Shown: positions 36,548 through 47,077, counted from the first letter of the stretch. The stretch: 64,000 bases of DNA from Planctomycetota bacterium (GCA_965228735.1 OZ245838.1:3584001-3648000), one strand, 5' to 3'. Notes: generated by a model from the letters alone, not told the origin. Numbers and translations: made by a program.

Positions 36548-37452
36548 ACGAGCGCAATCGCGATCGGCGCGGCCAGTTCCGCGACCCGGGCCGGGTCCAC
36601 GGCGAGTTCGACGAACGGCAAGAACTCGGAAACGAGCAGGTCGCGCCGCACTTCGAAGCACAACGTCCGTCCTGGATGGCGGTCGGCGAACTCATGGGCG
36701 AGTGATGCCGGGTGCAGCGAATAGACGCCGTTGCGTTCGACCTGTCGTCCGACCGAGGCGAGCTCCTGCTCGACGCGTGCGGTGAGCGCCGGGTCAGCCA
36801 GCTCGCGCCCGTCGGGGTCGTGCGTGATCAGGTCGATCTCGGCGCGCAGCGGCCAGTCGGTCGGGCGGTCGTAGGCTTCTCGCAGTGCTGTGACGATGTT
36901 CTCGTCGACCGCGACGTCGAGGCTGCGCGGCGCGTACGTGTGGACCATGAGGCCATGACCCGGCTGGCCCTCCGCGCACACGAACTCGAACGCAGCCGCC
37001 GCGACCTCACGATAGCTGGCGTGCAGCTCGAGCAGCAGCCGCTGATCGGCGACGGAACGAATCCACGGCGGCAGGCCGGGCGTCATCTGGCCGGGCTCCG
37101 AACCGCTCGGCAGCGCGTTCGGGTCGAGGCGCCGATTGCAGTCGACGAGCGTGCGTGGGATCTCGCTGCGGATCACGAGCGCCGCGCGTTCGGGCCGCTC
37201 TGCAACGACACTGGCCGCAATCGCGCGCGCGAGTTCGGGCGCGCCGACGTCGGTGTTGGTGAAGAAGAACTCGATCAGGTCCGCGCGGATGTCTGAGTCG
37301 AGGCGAGCGCGGAGCTCGGTGAAGTGGTGACCGCGCGTCGCGCCGTGTGGCACTTCGAGCAGGAGGTCGGGGCGGGTGTCCGCGGCGGCAGCCGCGCCGC
37401 GCACGATCTCGACGGTGCAGACGCCGGGGAGGGAGCGGATCGCGGGATGCAT
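36544..37452 (-). CDS. N-formylglutamate amidohydrolase-like zinc hydrolase
   Basis: LEVPHGA, TDVGA, PRTLVDCNR, VHTYAP, CFEVRRDL. Confidence 0.75.
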   Translation of the reverse strand: MHPAIRSLPGVCTVEIVRGAAAAADTRPDLLLEVPHGATRGHHFTELRARLDSDIRADLIEFFFTNTDVGAPELARAIAASVVAERPERAALVIRSEIPRTLVDCNRRLDPNALPSGSEPGQMTPGLPPWIRSVADQRLLLELHASYREVAAAAFEFVCAEGQPGHGLMVHTYAPRSLDVAVDENIVTALREAYDRPTDWPLRAEIDLITHDPDGRELADPALTARVEQELASVGRQVERNGVYSLHPASLAHEFADRHPGRTLCFEVRRDLLVSEFLPFVELAVDPARVAELAAPIAIALV

Positions 37453-37530
37453 CAGGTCCCCGGCTTAGCGGCGGCGCGCCGCGCGGCCAAGCGGTTTCGA
37501 TGGGCTCCGCGCGACTGCCGGTCGCGCGTT

Positions 37531-39393
37531 CTACCGCAGGCGCAGAACGAGCGGACGCTCGCGTGCGGCGACCTCGAACTCGCCGGTCTCGGCCCCCGAT
37601 CGGGCGAGCTTCGCGCGCCATTCGAGCGTCTCGAGCGGCAGGAACGGCAGGTCCAGGCGGCCGCGCTCGTCCGTCCGGAGGGACTGCCAGTCCTTGGCCA
37701 GGCGCTCGGCGAGCATGTGCTGCACGCGCTGCAGCGCCGATTCGCTCGCGCTTGCGCGCGAACCAGCGACGCGAATCCGCGCGTCGGCGACCGGCTCACC
37801 GTCGTCCCCACGAAGCTCGACGGGCATCGTGCCGAGCGGCGACAGGCGCAGCTGCACCTCCGCGCCGTGCGCGTCGATCGAAAACTCCTGCGCGTCGTGA
37901 CCCGCGGGCGAGAGCGTCACCGCGACCCATCGCCCCCGACCGAGCCGGACCGCACCGCGACCGGCGGAGTCGAGCGCGAGGCGAAACGCCGAATCGCGCT
38001 GCCGCGCGAGATCGCCGCCGGCGCTGACGACCGTGACGACCGCGCCGCGCGCGGGACCGCCGCTCGGGTCGAACGCCTGCACGTTCAACGTGCCGAGCCG
38101 CGGCGGCCCGTCGTCGTTCGCGAGGAGCGCCGGCGACAGGTCCGGCGGGAACGTGCGTCCGGCAAGGGCCTCGAACACCATCGTCGGCGCGCCATCGGAC
38201 GGCACGATGATGAGCCGCAGCGAGTGCACGTCGTCGGGCACGTGATCGAACGTGAGCACACCATCGTCATCAGCGGTCGCGAAGAACGTACGGGGATCGT
38301 GGCGGTAGCTCGCGCCGGCGCGCAGTTTGCACTTCGCGACGAGCTGGGCGACGCTGCCCGGAGGCGCGGATCGCGGCGCCGATCGGAGCAGTTCGACCCG
38401 TGGCAGAGTGAACACGAGCTCGTCGGCGTCGTGCTTCTTGATGCGCTGATCGTCGCGATACGAAACCCGACCGCGAGAACCGCCGCCGACCCGCGCGCGC
38501 CCCGGCGCATCGACGTAGAGCATCATCGGGGCGACGGCCGACGGCCGCGTGCGGAGTGGGTTCGTCGGCGAAGGCACGACGACGGTCACGCGACCATCGG
38601 CGCCCGTCACCCCGACATCGCGGAGCCGCTCGATCGGCGGTTCGCGCCAGGCGTCCGTCGACCAGCTGCCGCGCGCCCCGGCCTTCCACTGCACGCGAGC
38701 GCCGACCACGGGCGCGCCCGTTTCGTCGATCGCGCGAACCGTGAGCTCCGCCGGCGCGTGCAGCAACAGATGTCCGCCCGACGACTGCGACGCGAGCAGC
38801 TCGCCCTGACCGCCTCGCAACTCGGCGAAGGCGTCGTCGATCGGCGGCCGCAACCAGCCGTCGGCCGTTCCGAGCACGCGTTCGACGCCGGGGCGCGGGG
38901 TGACGTAGGAGATCGTCAGGGGGCCGTGGTCGGCCCAGAGCTCGGCATCGGGCCAGTCATGCGTGACCTCGACGGCCGACTGCCGTTCACATCGGAGTTC
39001 GAGCAACGCCCCGGCGCCGAAGTAGTCGCTCGTCGGCGCGAACAACACCTCGCCGGCCGCGCCGCCGGGCAACGGCGCCACCGCCCAGGCGACGTAGCAC
39101 AGCCCCGGCAACAGCCGCGCGCGCGCCCGACCGCGCGCATCGGACGCGACGACCTGCACGTCGGGCCGCAGCACGCGTTCATCGAGCGCGGGATTGCCGC
39201 CGGCGAACGTCACTTCGGCGCCGGCGACGGGCACGCCATCGGGGCCGAGCACGCGCACGAACGTGGGGCGTCGCGGCACGGCCGGCGGGTCCACCTGCGC
39301 AACCGCCGAGCCCGCGGCGCCGAGCGCGCACGCCGCGATCAGGACCACCGAACGGCCAGATGGCGAAGAGGCGAACGCGAACAACCGAGACAT
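37531..39393 (-). CDS. Secreted protein with carboxypeptidase-regulatory-like beta-sandwich repeats
   Basis: Signal peptide; repeated V.GPDG.PV.GA.V and SD..G.. motifs. Confidence 0.7.
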   Translation of the reverse strand: MSRLFAFASSPSGRSVVLIAACALGAAGSAVAQVDPPAVPRRPTFVRVLGPDGVPVAGAEVTFAGGNPALDERVLRPDVQVVASDARGRARARLLPGLCYVAWAVAPLPGGAAGEVLFAPTSDYFGAGALLELRCERQSAVEVTHDWPDAELWADHGPLTISYVTPRPGVERVLGTADGWLRPPIDDAFAELRGGQGELLASQSSGGHLLLHAPAELTVRAIDETGAPVVGARVQWKAGARGSWSTDAWREPPIERLRDVGVTGADGRVTVVVPSPTNPLRTRPSAVAPMMLYVDAPGRARVGGGSRGRVSYRDDQRIKKHDADELVFTLPRVELLRSAPRSAPPGSVAQLVAKCKLRAGASYRHDPRTFFATADDDGVLTFDHVPDDVHSLRLIIVPSDGAPTMVFEALAGRTFPPDLSPALLANDDGPPRLGTLNVQAFDPSGGPARGAVVTVVSAGGDLARQRDSAFRLALDSAGRGAVRLGRGRWVAVTLSPAGHDAQEFSIDAHGAEVQLRLSPLGTMPVELRGDDGEPVADARIRVAGSRASASESALQRVQHMLAERLAKDWQSLRTDERGRLDLPFLPLETLEWRAKLARSGAETGEFEVAARERPLVLRLR

Positions 39394-39524
39394 CCGGTCG
39401 CACTGTAGCCGCGGCTTCGGGCCGGCGGAATCGCCCACCGCAGCGCCCGCTCGGAACCAGGGTTCGACCGGGAAACTCACCGTAGCCATTCAACCCCGAG
39501 CCGAATCGTGCCGATCTCACGGAC

Positions 39525-40019
39525 ATGTCGTTCCCCCGCCGACCGCTCAGCATCCCGGGCCTCGGCCCGCTCCTCCTGCTCGCGGCGTGCGGCGCCGAGG
39601 CCTCGAGCTCGGTCGATCGAGCCGCCGCGATGCAGGTCGTCACGGACCTGCAGTCGGCGCTGCGGAACGGCGACGAATCGGCCTGCTATCGCCTCGTGAC
39701 CTCGGAGTCGAAGGCCGCGATCGCCGAGCTGCCGTGGGCCGAACTGCAGACCCGGCAACCGCTGGCCGTGCTGCGGGCCGACCGCGACGGCGCGGGCTAC
39801 CGCGTCACGGTGCGTGACCCCAATCAGGGGAACCTCGAAGCCGAGATGATCGTCGCCCGCGAATACGGCCGGTTCGTCGTCGACCTCGTAGCGACTGCCG
39901 GCCTGACCGCCGAGTTCACGGATCGGCCGCTCGAACAGCCGATCTTCGAGCCCGAGGAGCTCACGCCGCGCGACCTCGATCGCATCCGGCAGAAGCAACT
40001 CGCGACGCCGCCGAAGTAG
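39525..40019 (+). CDS. Hypothetical lipoprotein
   Basis: Lipobox-like LLLLAAC after a basic N-terminus. Confidence 0.7.
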   Translation: MSFPRRPLSIPGLGPLLLLAACGAEASSSVDRAAAMQVVTDLQSALRNGDESACYRLVTSESKAAIAELPWAELQTRQPLAVLRADRDGAGYRVTVRDPNQGNLEAEMIVAREYGRFVVDLVATAGLTAEFTDRPLEQPIFEPEELTPRDLDRIRQKQLATPPK

Positions 40020-40119
40020 GCGGCGCCGCGGAACCCGGCGCCGATCGGACCGCCGTGGGTCAGAGTGGCCATCCCAATCCGGGCGGGAACTCCCGGCGGG
40101 TGCGCCGTAGCATCCCGGC

Positions 40120-41058
40120 ATGAGCGACGTTCTCGACACCTTGATCCTCGGCTCCGGCCCGGCCGGCTACACCGCGGCGATCTACGCCGCGCGCGCGAAC
40201 CTCAACCCCGTGCTGCTCGCGGGCCCGCAGCCCGGCGGCCAGCTGACGATCACGAGCGACGTCGAGAACTATCCCGGGTTCCCCGATGGCGTGATGGGGC
40301 CGGAGATGATGGAAATGTTCAAGAAGCAGGCGGCGCGCTTCGGCACCGAAGTGCTCGAGGAGCTCGGCACCGAGGTCGACCTCAGCGAACGCCCGTTCAC
40401 GATCAAGACCGAGAGCGGCAAGGTCTACAAAACGAAGACGCTGATCATCTCGACGGGCGCGAGCGCCATCTATCTCGGCCTCGAGAACGAGACCAAGCTG
40501 CAGGGCCGCGGCGTGTCGGCGTGCGCGACGTGCGACGGATTCTTCTTCAAGAACAAGAAGGTCTACGTCGTCGGCGGCGGCGATTCGGCGTGCGAGGAGG
40601 CGACGTTCCTCACCAAGTACGCGAGCGAGGTCAAGATGGTCGTGCGCCGCGACGAGATGCGGGCGTCGAAGATCATGCGCGACCGCGCGCTGAACAACGA
40701 CAAGATCGAGGTGCTGTGGAAGCAGAACGTCACCGACGTCCTCGGCGTCGACGAAGGCAAGGTCACGGGCGTCGAGCTCACCCACAGCGACACTGGCGAG
40801 AAGCAGAAGGTCGACGCGGACGGCCTGTTCCTCGCGATCGGCCACAAGCCGAACACCGACCTCTTCAAGGGCGTCCTCGACATGGACGACACGGGCTACA
40901 TCAAGACCGTGCCGGGCAAGACGGCGACCAACGTCGCGGGCGTGTTCGCCGCGGGCGACTGCCAGGACAGCTTCTACCGGCAGGCAGTGACGGCGGCGGG
41001 GACCGGGTGCATGGCGGCGATCGAGGTCGAAAAGTTTCTCGAGACCGAGGGGCACTAG
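40120..41058 (+). CDS. trxB: Thioredoxin reductase
   Basis: ILGSGPAGYTAAIY, GVSACATCDG, VVGGGDSA, AAGD..YRQAVTAAG. Confidence 0.97.
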   Translation: MSDVLDTLILGSGPAGYTAAIYAARANLNPVLLAGPQPGGQLTITSDVENYPGFPDGVMGPEMMEMFKKQAARFGTEVLEELGTEVDLSERPFTIKTESGKVYKTKTLIISTGASAIYLGLENETKLQGRGVSACATCDGFFFKNKKVYVVGGGDSACEEATFLTKYASEVKMVVRRDEMRASKIMRDRALNNDKIEVLWKQNVTDVLGVDEGKVTGVELTHSDTGEKQKVDADGLFLAIGHKPNTDLFKGVLDMDDTGYIKTVPGKTATNVAGVFAAGDCQDSFYRQAVTAAGTGCMAAIEVEKFLETEGH

Positions 41059-41155
41059 CCCGCGGCCGCCGCGGGGCTCACGACACTTCGACGGTGACGC
41101 CGGCAGGCAACACGTGCCGCAGCTTCGTCGCGAGCGCATCGCGCGCGGCGTCGTG

Positions 41156-41270
41156 TGGCTGTACCGAACCCGTTTCGAATCCGCCACACGCACGTCGATG
41201 CAACAGCGGGCGTGCGCGCTGGTTGGCGCGCTACCGGGGTGGCGGATTCGAAACGGGTTCAGTACGGCCA
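41156..41270. repeat. 32-bp inverted repeat (2 mismatches) with 51-nt loop between convergent genes
   Basis: tggctgtaccgaacccgtttcgaatccgccac (41156-41187) versus gtggcggattcgaaacgggttcagtacggcca (41239-41270). Confidence 0.85.
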
Positions 41271-41271
41271 T

Positions 41272-43134
41272 CTACTGGCCGCGGGTGACCGCCGCCCTGG
41301 CATTGGCCTTGCTGAGGAAGAGGATCGCGAAGCACGTCGCGTCGATCTGCATGTCCGCGGCGCAGCCGCAGGCGAACGCGCCGCTTCTCTGCTGCTCGGC
41401 GATGAGCTGCAGCGCGCCCTCGTAGTACCAGTCGCGGCCGTCGAGCCAGGCGATGTCGGCGAGGTGGCAGCTGCGTTCGAGGCAGTAGAGGTAGTAGTAC
41501 CAGTGAAAGCGCCCGCGCTCGCCGAAGCCCGGGTTGCAGCGCAGAGACAGTTCGCGGCTCAGCCAGGCGAAGCCGTCATCGATCGCCTGCGCGATCGCGC
41601 GGTCGAGCTTGCGGTCCTTGCGGGCACCGGCCGCGGCGAGACCGTCGCGTGCGAGCAGCAGGCCGCTGACACCCGCAGCCGTCATCGACCCGAACGGTGG
41701 CTCGTCCGGGTGCACGTACGCGAACCCGCGACACGACGCGCGCACGCTGCGACTCGCGGTCGCGGTGTCCTCGGCGCGACGCGCATCGTCCGGCGTCGTG
41801 ACGTCATAACCCAGGCGGCCGCTCGGCGGGCACTGCACCGCGAGCAGCTGGCGCGCCGCGGCCGCGAACGCCGACGCGTCCACTGTCAGCCCACACGCCT
41901 GCGCCGCGCGCAGACCGAGCAGGCCGTACTGCTGTACCGAGGTGTCGTAGCGCGGGCCGCGCACGTAGTTGAACCGCAGCAGATCGAGCGGCTGCCCGCG
42001 CGGGTCGACGCAGCCGAGCAGCCGATCCAGCCACTTCTGCGCCGCCTTGGTTTCACGTTCGGTCAGGCCGCCGCGCGCTCTTCGATCCGGATCGACCGCG
42101 AGCTTGCCGTAGGCCATGAGCGCGGCGGCGAGGGTGTAGGCGTCGACGAGGCGACGACGGCGCAGCGCGTCGAACCCGGCCGCGACGACTGCGTCATCGG
42201 ACGGCACGTGCGCCGCGAGCAGGGTCAGCAGCGCGAGCGCGAGCCGGCCGCTGCCGTAGCTACGGTTCTCGTCGACGCGACCGTCGAGGTAGCTGCGGTC
42301 CTTCTCGATCGCGGCGCGCACGAACTTCGCCCCGTTCTCGATCGCGCGCGCCACCCGCAGGCGAAAGTCGAGGTCGCCGCTATCGCGCGTGGCGACTTGT
42401 TCCCAGGCGTCCTCGACGACGATGCGGCGGAACTGCCGCTCACCGACCTCGACCACGAGATCGATCGAACCGGCGAAGCGCGTCACGAGCCCGCGTTCGG
42501 TGTCGACCGTGCGCATGATCTCAATGTCGCCGCCACCGCTCCGCACGCAGAACGCGCGCAAGAGATCGCCGCGCGGCCGGCGCAGGCGCACACTGCCACG
42601 AAGCGCCTGGCTCGCGTCCGAATCGCTACGGCGCCAACCGCCGCTGACGGTCACGTCGCCGTACGGCACGACCGATTCGAACCGGCCACCGCTCCCCCCG
42701 AGGTCGCAGGCAACCGCGCGCAGCACGTCGCGCAGATCGCGCACCGCACCGGTGAGCGACCGGCGGTCCTTCGTGAGCTCGCCGGCGCAGACGAACGGCG
42801 CGGGCAGCACGCTCGGCACGAAGCGCTCCGGCATGCTCGCCGCGCATTCTGCTCCGGCCGCCGCGCTCTTGCTGCGCACCACGGCGCTGATCCGGGCCGC
42901 CGTCGCCGTGCGGCGATACTCGACCGCGCCGCGCTCGGGCACCTGCCACGTCGCCTGCGCCGCCGCGCCAGCACCGACGAGCAGCCAGCCGGCGGCCACC
43001 GAGAACACGCGCCAGCCTACGCTGGAGAGCAACAGAACGCCGAACGCGATCCTCGACCGCACCCGCCCCGACCTCGAAGAGTTCTCCACAATGCGACAGT
43101 GCGGCGAGCGGGGGATGATCGTCGACTCCGGCAA
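41272..43134 (-). CDS. Secreted protein with C-terminal prenyltransferase/cyclase-like alpha-alpha toroid
   Basis: DTSVQQYGLLGL, GSMTAAGVS, WYYYLYCLER..DWYYEGA..QQRSGAF..TCFAILFL; true start probably later (~43008). Confidence 0.7.
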   Translation of the reverse strand: MPESTIIPRSPHCRIVENSSRSGRVRSRIAFGVLLLSSVGWRVFSVAAGWLLVGAGAAAQATWQVPERGAVEYRRTATAARISAVVRSKSAAAGAECAASMPERFVPSVLPAPFVCAGELTKDRRSLTGAVRDLRDVLRAVACDLGGSGGRFESVVPYGDVTVSGGWRRSDSDASQALRGSVRLRRPRGDLLRAFCVRSGGGDIEIMRTVDTERGLVTRFAGSIDLVVEVGERQFRRIVVEDAWEQVATRDSGDLDFRLRVARAIENGAKFVRAAIEKDRSYLDGRVDENRSYGSGRLALALLTLLAAHVPSDDAVVAAGFDALRRRRLVDAYTLAAALMAYGKLAVDPDRRARGGLTERETKAAQKWLDRLLGCVDPRGQPLDLLRFNYVRGPRYDTSVQQYGLLGLRAAQACGLTVDASAFAAAARQLLAVQCPPSGRLGYDVTTPDDARRAEDTATASRSVRASCRGFAYVHPDEPPFGSMTAAGVSGLLLARDGLAAAGARKDRKLDRAIAQAIDDGFAWLSRELSLRCNPGFGERGRFHWYYYLYCLERSCHLADIAWLDGRDWYYEGALQLIAEQQRSGAFACGCAADMQIDATCFAILFLSKANARAAVTRGQ

Positions 43135-43156
43135 CGCGCGGCCTACGATCGTGCGG

Positions 43157-43300
43157 ATGCTGGCTCACCTCACTCCCCTCGAAGCCCCCGTCGTCTGGTT
43201 CGCGTTCCTCGCGGGCGTCGTCGCCGGCGTCGTCGCGACGCTGCTGCTGGTCCGCCACCGTCGCCTGCGACCCGCGCCCGAGACCAACCGCGACGCATGA
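43157..43300 (+). CDS. Small single-TM membrane peptide (47 aa)
   Basis: MLAHLTPLEAPVVWFAFLAGVVAGVVATLLLVRHRR..; stop overlaps the thyX ATG. Confidence 0.55.
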   Translation: MLAHLTPLEAPVVWFAFLAGVVAGVVATLLLVRHRRLRPAPETNRDA

Positions 43301-44916
43301 GCTACACGGACTTCGAGAAGCAGCTGCTGTCGAACTACTTCTCCGTCGTCGACGGCGAGGAGCACGCGGACATCTACCTCGTGCACGGCCTGCCGCAGGA
43401 GGTCGCGGCGACGCTCAACGGGGTCTACTCCCGTTCGAGCAAGTCGATGCGCGATCAGTTCCTCGATCGGCTGAAGAAGGGCCTCGAGGCGCAGGGCAAG
43501 ACGCTCGCCGACATGCCGCTGCCGGCGAGCAGCGATCCGCTGTCCGAGGTCATGGCCGACAAGGCCGGGCAGTTCCTCAAGACCTACGCGATCGACCACG
43601 GGCACAACTCGCTGCGCGAAGGCGCGGTCGTGCACCTCGCGGTCGAACGCGTCTCGCAGCTCGTGACGCGCTTCATCCAGCGCGAACGTCGCTGCAGCTT
43701 CGAGGAGTCGTCCACGCGCTACATCTCGTTCTCCAAGGAGAGCCACTGGCGCGATCCCGACGTCATGGCTCGAGGCGGTGAGATCGCCGCGGACTACGAG
43801 GCGATCCTCGACGAGACGTTCACGCTCTATCAGAAGGCGTCGCAGCTGCTGCTCGCCCATCTCGAACGGCAGCGCCCGCTGCAGCCCGGCGAGAACGAGG
43901 GTGGCTGGCGCCGCGCGCTCAAGGCCGAGGCGTTCGACGCCGCCCGCTACCTGCTGACGCCCGCGATCTCGACCAAGTGGGGCATGGTCGCCGACGCGCG
44001 CACGCTGAGCGACGTGATCTCCGAGCTGCTGAGTCATCCGCTGAACGAGTTCCGGCTCGTCGGCGAGCGCATGCTCGAGCAGGCCGAGAAGGCCCTGCCG
44101 ACCCTGCTGCGCCACGCCAAGGACAACGCGTTCCAGCGCGCGCTGCAGAAGACCGCGCCGCTCGCCGTGCGGGATCTCGGGATCGCCGAGCCGGCACCGC
44201 ATCGCGGTCCGGCCAAAGCCCGCACGACGCTCCTCGGCTACGACAGCGAACTCGACGATCGCCTGCTCGCCTCGCTGCTGTACGAACGCAGCGGCCAGCC
44301 GTTCGAGACGCTCGTCGACGCGGTGCGCGGCAAGACCGCGACCGAGCGCGAAGCGCTGTTGTCACGGCTCATGGCCGACCGCGGCAAGCACGACGCGTGG
44401 CCGCTCGCGCTCGAGGGCGCCGCGCCATTCGACTTCGAGGTGCTCGTCGACTTCGGCGCGTACCGCGACATCGGTCGCCATCGCAAGAGCCTGCAGCAGC
44501 AACAGACGATGACGACGGTGCACGGTTTCGCGGTGCCGCCGCTGATCGTCGACGCCGGCCTCGAAAAGGAGTACGTCGACGTGCTCACGCGGACGGCCGA
44601 GCGCCAACAGCGGATCGCGCGGGAGTTCCCCGACGCGGCCGCCTACGTCACGCCGTTCGCGTTCCTGCAGCGCATCCGCATCCAGTTCGACCCGCGGCAG
44701 ACGGCCTACTTCATCGAGCTGCGCAGCGGCCCCGAGGGTCACTTCAGCTACCGGCAGGTCGCGCTCGACATGTTCGCGCACGTCAAGCGCACGTCACCGC
44801 TGTTCGCGCAGTTCATCCGCGCGCAGGAAGGCGGCGCCTTCCTCGGCCGCCTCGACAGCGAGCTCACCGCGGACGAACGTCGCGCGCGCCGGATGGAGGC
44901 CGCGGGCGACGCGTAG
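43297..44916 (+). CDS. thyX: FAD-dependent thymidylate synthase, tandem-domain form
   Basis: GHNSLRE, FEESSTRY, DAARYLL in the first half; DFGAYRDIGRHR, YFIELRS..GHFSYR in the second. Confidence 0.88.
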   Translation: MSYTDFEKQLLSNYFSVVDGEEHADIYLVHGLPQEVAATLNGVYSRSSKSMRDQFLDRLKKGLEAQGKTLADMPLPASSDPLSEVMADKAGQFLKTYAIDHGHNSLREGAVVHLAVERVSQLVTRFIQRERRCSFEESSTRYISFSKESHWRDPDVMARGGEIAADYEAILDETFTLYQKASQLLLAHLERQRPLQPGENEGGWRRALKAEAFDAARYLLTPAISTKWGMVADARTLSDVISELLSHPLNEFRLVGERMLEQAEKALPTLLRHAKDNAFQRALQKTAPLAVRDLGIAEPAPHRGPAKARTTLLGYDSELDDRLLASLLYERSGQPFETLVDAVRGKTATEREALLSRLMADRGKHDAWPLALEGAAPFDFEVLVDFGAYRDIGRHRKSLQQQQTMTTVHGFAVPPLIVDAGLEKEYVDVLTRTAERQQRIAREFPDAAAYVTPFAFLQRIRIQFDPRQTAYFIELRSGPEGHFSYRQVALDMFAHVKRTSPLFAQFIRAQEGGAFLGRLDSELTADERRARRMEAAGDA

Positions 44917-44938
44917 TCGGGCCCGCCTGGCCGTCCGC

Positions 44939-47077
44939 TCAGCGCAAGAACACGTCGCACGGGTTCGCGGCCACGCCGCTCGTCAACGTGCTGTCGTCGA
45001 AGACGAAGCTGACGAACGTCAGGCGCACGCCGGCGAACTCGCTCGGCAACGGAGCGTAGGCGCTGAAGTCGAGCACGGCCGTCGCGTTGCCGCTGCCGTC
45101 GAGATCGGCGAGGAAGCCCTGCAGTTCCGGCGTGAACCACGCCGCGTTGACGACCCCGAGCAACCAGTCGGTCTGCACCGGCAGAGACCCGGTGAGGAAC
45201 GGGGTCGGCGGCAGGTGACCACTCATTCCGAACGATACGAAGTACGGCCGGGAGGCATGGCTCTCGCCACCGCGCACGAAGATCTCGAGCGGCGCGGCGG
45301 TCGTCAGATCGAAGTGCGTGCGCTCCGCGACGAGCTTGGGTCGCACGGGTTCGAGCGGCAGGTCGAGCCAGGACGCCTCGGCGCTCGTCGCGCCCCGGTG
45401 CACCACGTCGACGCGGAAGTTGACGAAGCGCGGCGCGACCTCGAGCTGCCGCACCATCGGCGCTTCGCGCAGCCACAGGTTGCGGAGTCGCAGGCGCACG
45501 GTCGTGCCGGCCGGCAACCGCGCAGCCACCGGCGGCAGCACGAGCGTGTGATCCTCGGCGGTCAGCGGGGTGCTGCCGCCCGCATGGACCGCGCCCGAGC
45601 ACAGCATGACCTCCTCGGCGCTGCCCGGTACCTCGACCGTGAGCAGCGCGGCGATCATCCAGTCGGGTGCGTGCGGGACGACGTGCAACCGCAGTCGGGC
45701 CGCCGCCGCGAGATCGGACTCGGCGACCGTCACGTAGGAGTAGACCGCCTCGTCGAGCGGACACTTCGTGAGCACGTTCGCAGGATTGCGCTCCGCGGAG
45801 ATCGTCAGGTACGCGTTCGCCGTGAACGTCGGATCGATGACCTGCTCGATCGACTCGTGCGGCGCCGCCGTCGTCGGCGCCGACGTCGCCAGCTGGCCGC
45901 CCCCGGTCAGCCACAACCGCGTCGGGTTCGCTGCCGTCAACGGGTCGCCCGAGTGGGCCCGACTCCACGCGTGCTGCGGATCATCGCGTTCGGCTGCGGT
46001 CAACGGCAGTTGCGATTGCACGAACGGGCGCTCGAGCTCGACCTCGTTGGGTTCGTCCCAGAGCCAGCGATCGAGCCAGCGCAGGTAGGTCGCGTCGCGG
46101 AAGTCGAACTCGAGATCGTTCGTGGGTGAGTTGTGTCCGCCGGTCGTCAGGATCGCGCGCGTCGGACCGGCCATGGTCGCGAGCGACTCGAGGCCGAGCA
46201 GCGGCGCGTTGATCCGATCGTGATACGAATGCACGTAGAGCGTCGGCACCGTGCTGGCCGCAAGTTTGGTCGCGAGCGTGCGCCCCTCACCCGCGAACAT
46301 CGCAAGCAACGCCGCGGGGTCCTGGTTCTCGAACGCGGCTCGCGCCGCGAGCAGGAACGCGGAGTCCAGCGGCAAACCGGGATAGCTGCCGGCGAGCGCC
46401 TCGACGAACCACGAGCTCCACAGCCGACCGCCGCGCAGCCAGTCGTCGGCGTTCTCCGCGGCGTAGTCGCTGGCGATCACGCATTGCACCGTCGGGAACG
46501 TCAGCGCTGCTCGGCCCGGAACGGCGAGCGGCAGGCCGGACCACGCGGCCGCCGCCCAGGCGTGGGCACCGCCCTGGCTGCTGCCGATCACCGCGAGCCG
46601 TGACGCATCGACGAAGCCGACGGCCGCGGGTTCGTTCCCGACGTGGAGCACCTGCTCGGCGAGGTCACAGCGCTCGACCGGCCCCCAGAGCGTCGAACCC
46701 GCGCCGACATGGCCGGGGTTCTGTTGCGCCGCCTGGCCCTGACCGCGCACGTCGTAGGCCCAGACCGCGTAGCCCCGGGATGCGACCTCGAGCTGCAGCC
46801 CGAGCGCGGCTGCGCGCGTGCTGCCGAGCGGGTGCACGAAGACGACGAGCGGCCAGCCGCAGGTCGGCGGTGGCGCGTCCGGCCGCACGAGCGTCGCGAC
46901 GGTCTGGTAGCCGTCGGAGTAGGTGACGGGCAGGACCGCGTCGATGTGCGTCGGAAAGCCGCCCTGCGGCGGCGTCGGTCGCGGGCAGGCCTGGGCCATC
47001 GTCGCGGCGACGAACGTGACGACCGCCGTCACGACCGCGGCGGCATGGACGGCAAGGAGGCGAGAGGCAAACGGCAT
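44939..47077 (-). CDS. Secreted CocE/NonD (X-Pro dipeptidyl-peptidase-like) alpha/beta hydrolase
   Basis: PLVVFVHPLG, YDVRGQG, GSSQGG nucleophile elbow, GGH; C-terminal beta domains. Confidence 0.8.
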   Translation of the reverse strand: MPFASRLLAVHAAAVVTAVVTFVAATMAQACPRPTPPQGGFPTHIDAVLPVTYSDGYQTVATLVRPDAPPPTCGWPLVVFVHPLGSTRAAALGLQLEVASRGYAVWAYDVRGQGQAAQQNPGHVGAGSTLWGPVERCDLAEQVLHVGNEPAAVGFVDASRLAVIGSSQGGAHAWAAAAWSGLPLAVPGRAALTFPTVQCVIASDYAAENADDWLRGGRLWSSWFVEALAGSYPGLPLDSAFLLAARAAFENQDPAALLAMFAGEGRTLATKLAASTVPTLYVHSYHDRINAPLLGLESLATMAGPTRAILTTGGHNSPTNDLEFDFRDATYLRWLDRWLWDEPNEVELERPFVQSQLPLTAAERDDPQHAWSRAHSGDPLTAANPTRLWLTGGGQLATSAPTTAAPHESIEQVIDPTFTANAYLTISAERNPANVLTKCPLDEAVYSYVTVAESDLAAAARLRLHVVPHAPDWMIAALLTVEVPGSAEEVMLCSGAVHAGGSTPLTAEDHTLVLPPVAARLPAGTTVRLRLRNLWLREAPMVRQLEVAPRFVNFRVDVVHRGATSAEASWLDLPLEPVRPKLVAERTHFDLTTAAPLEIFVRGGESHASRPYFVSFGMSGHLPPTPFLTGSLPVQTDWLLGVVNAAWFTPELQGFLADLDGSGNATAVLDFSAYAPLPSEFAGVRLTFVSFVFDDSTLTSGVAANPCDVFLR

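Noticed and set aside
41170..41190. tRNA-like TTCGAATCC motif
   Set aside because: No cloverleaf or CCA context; it is one arm of the inverted repeat.
41155..43296. Apparent 1253-aa ThyX fusion
   Set aside because: The upstream part is the antisense shadow of the 41272..43134 gene; ThyX-like sequence begins at ATG 43297.
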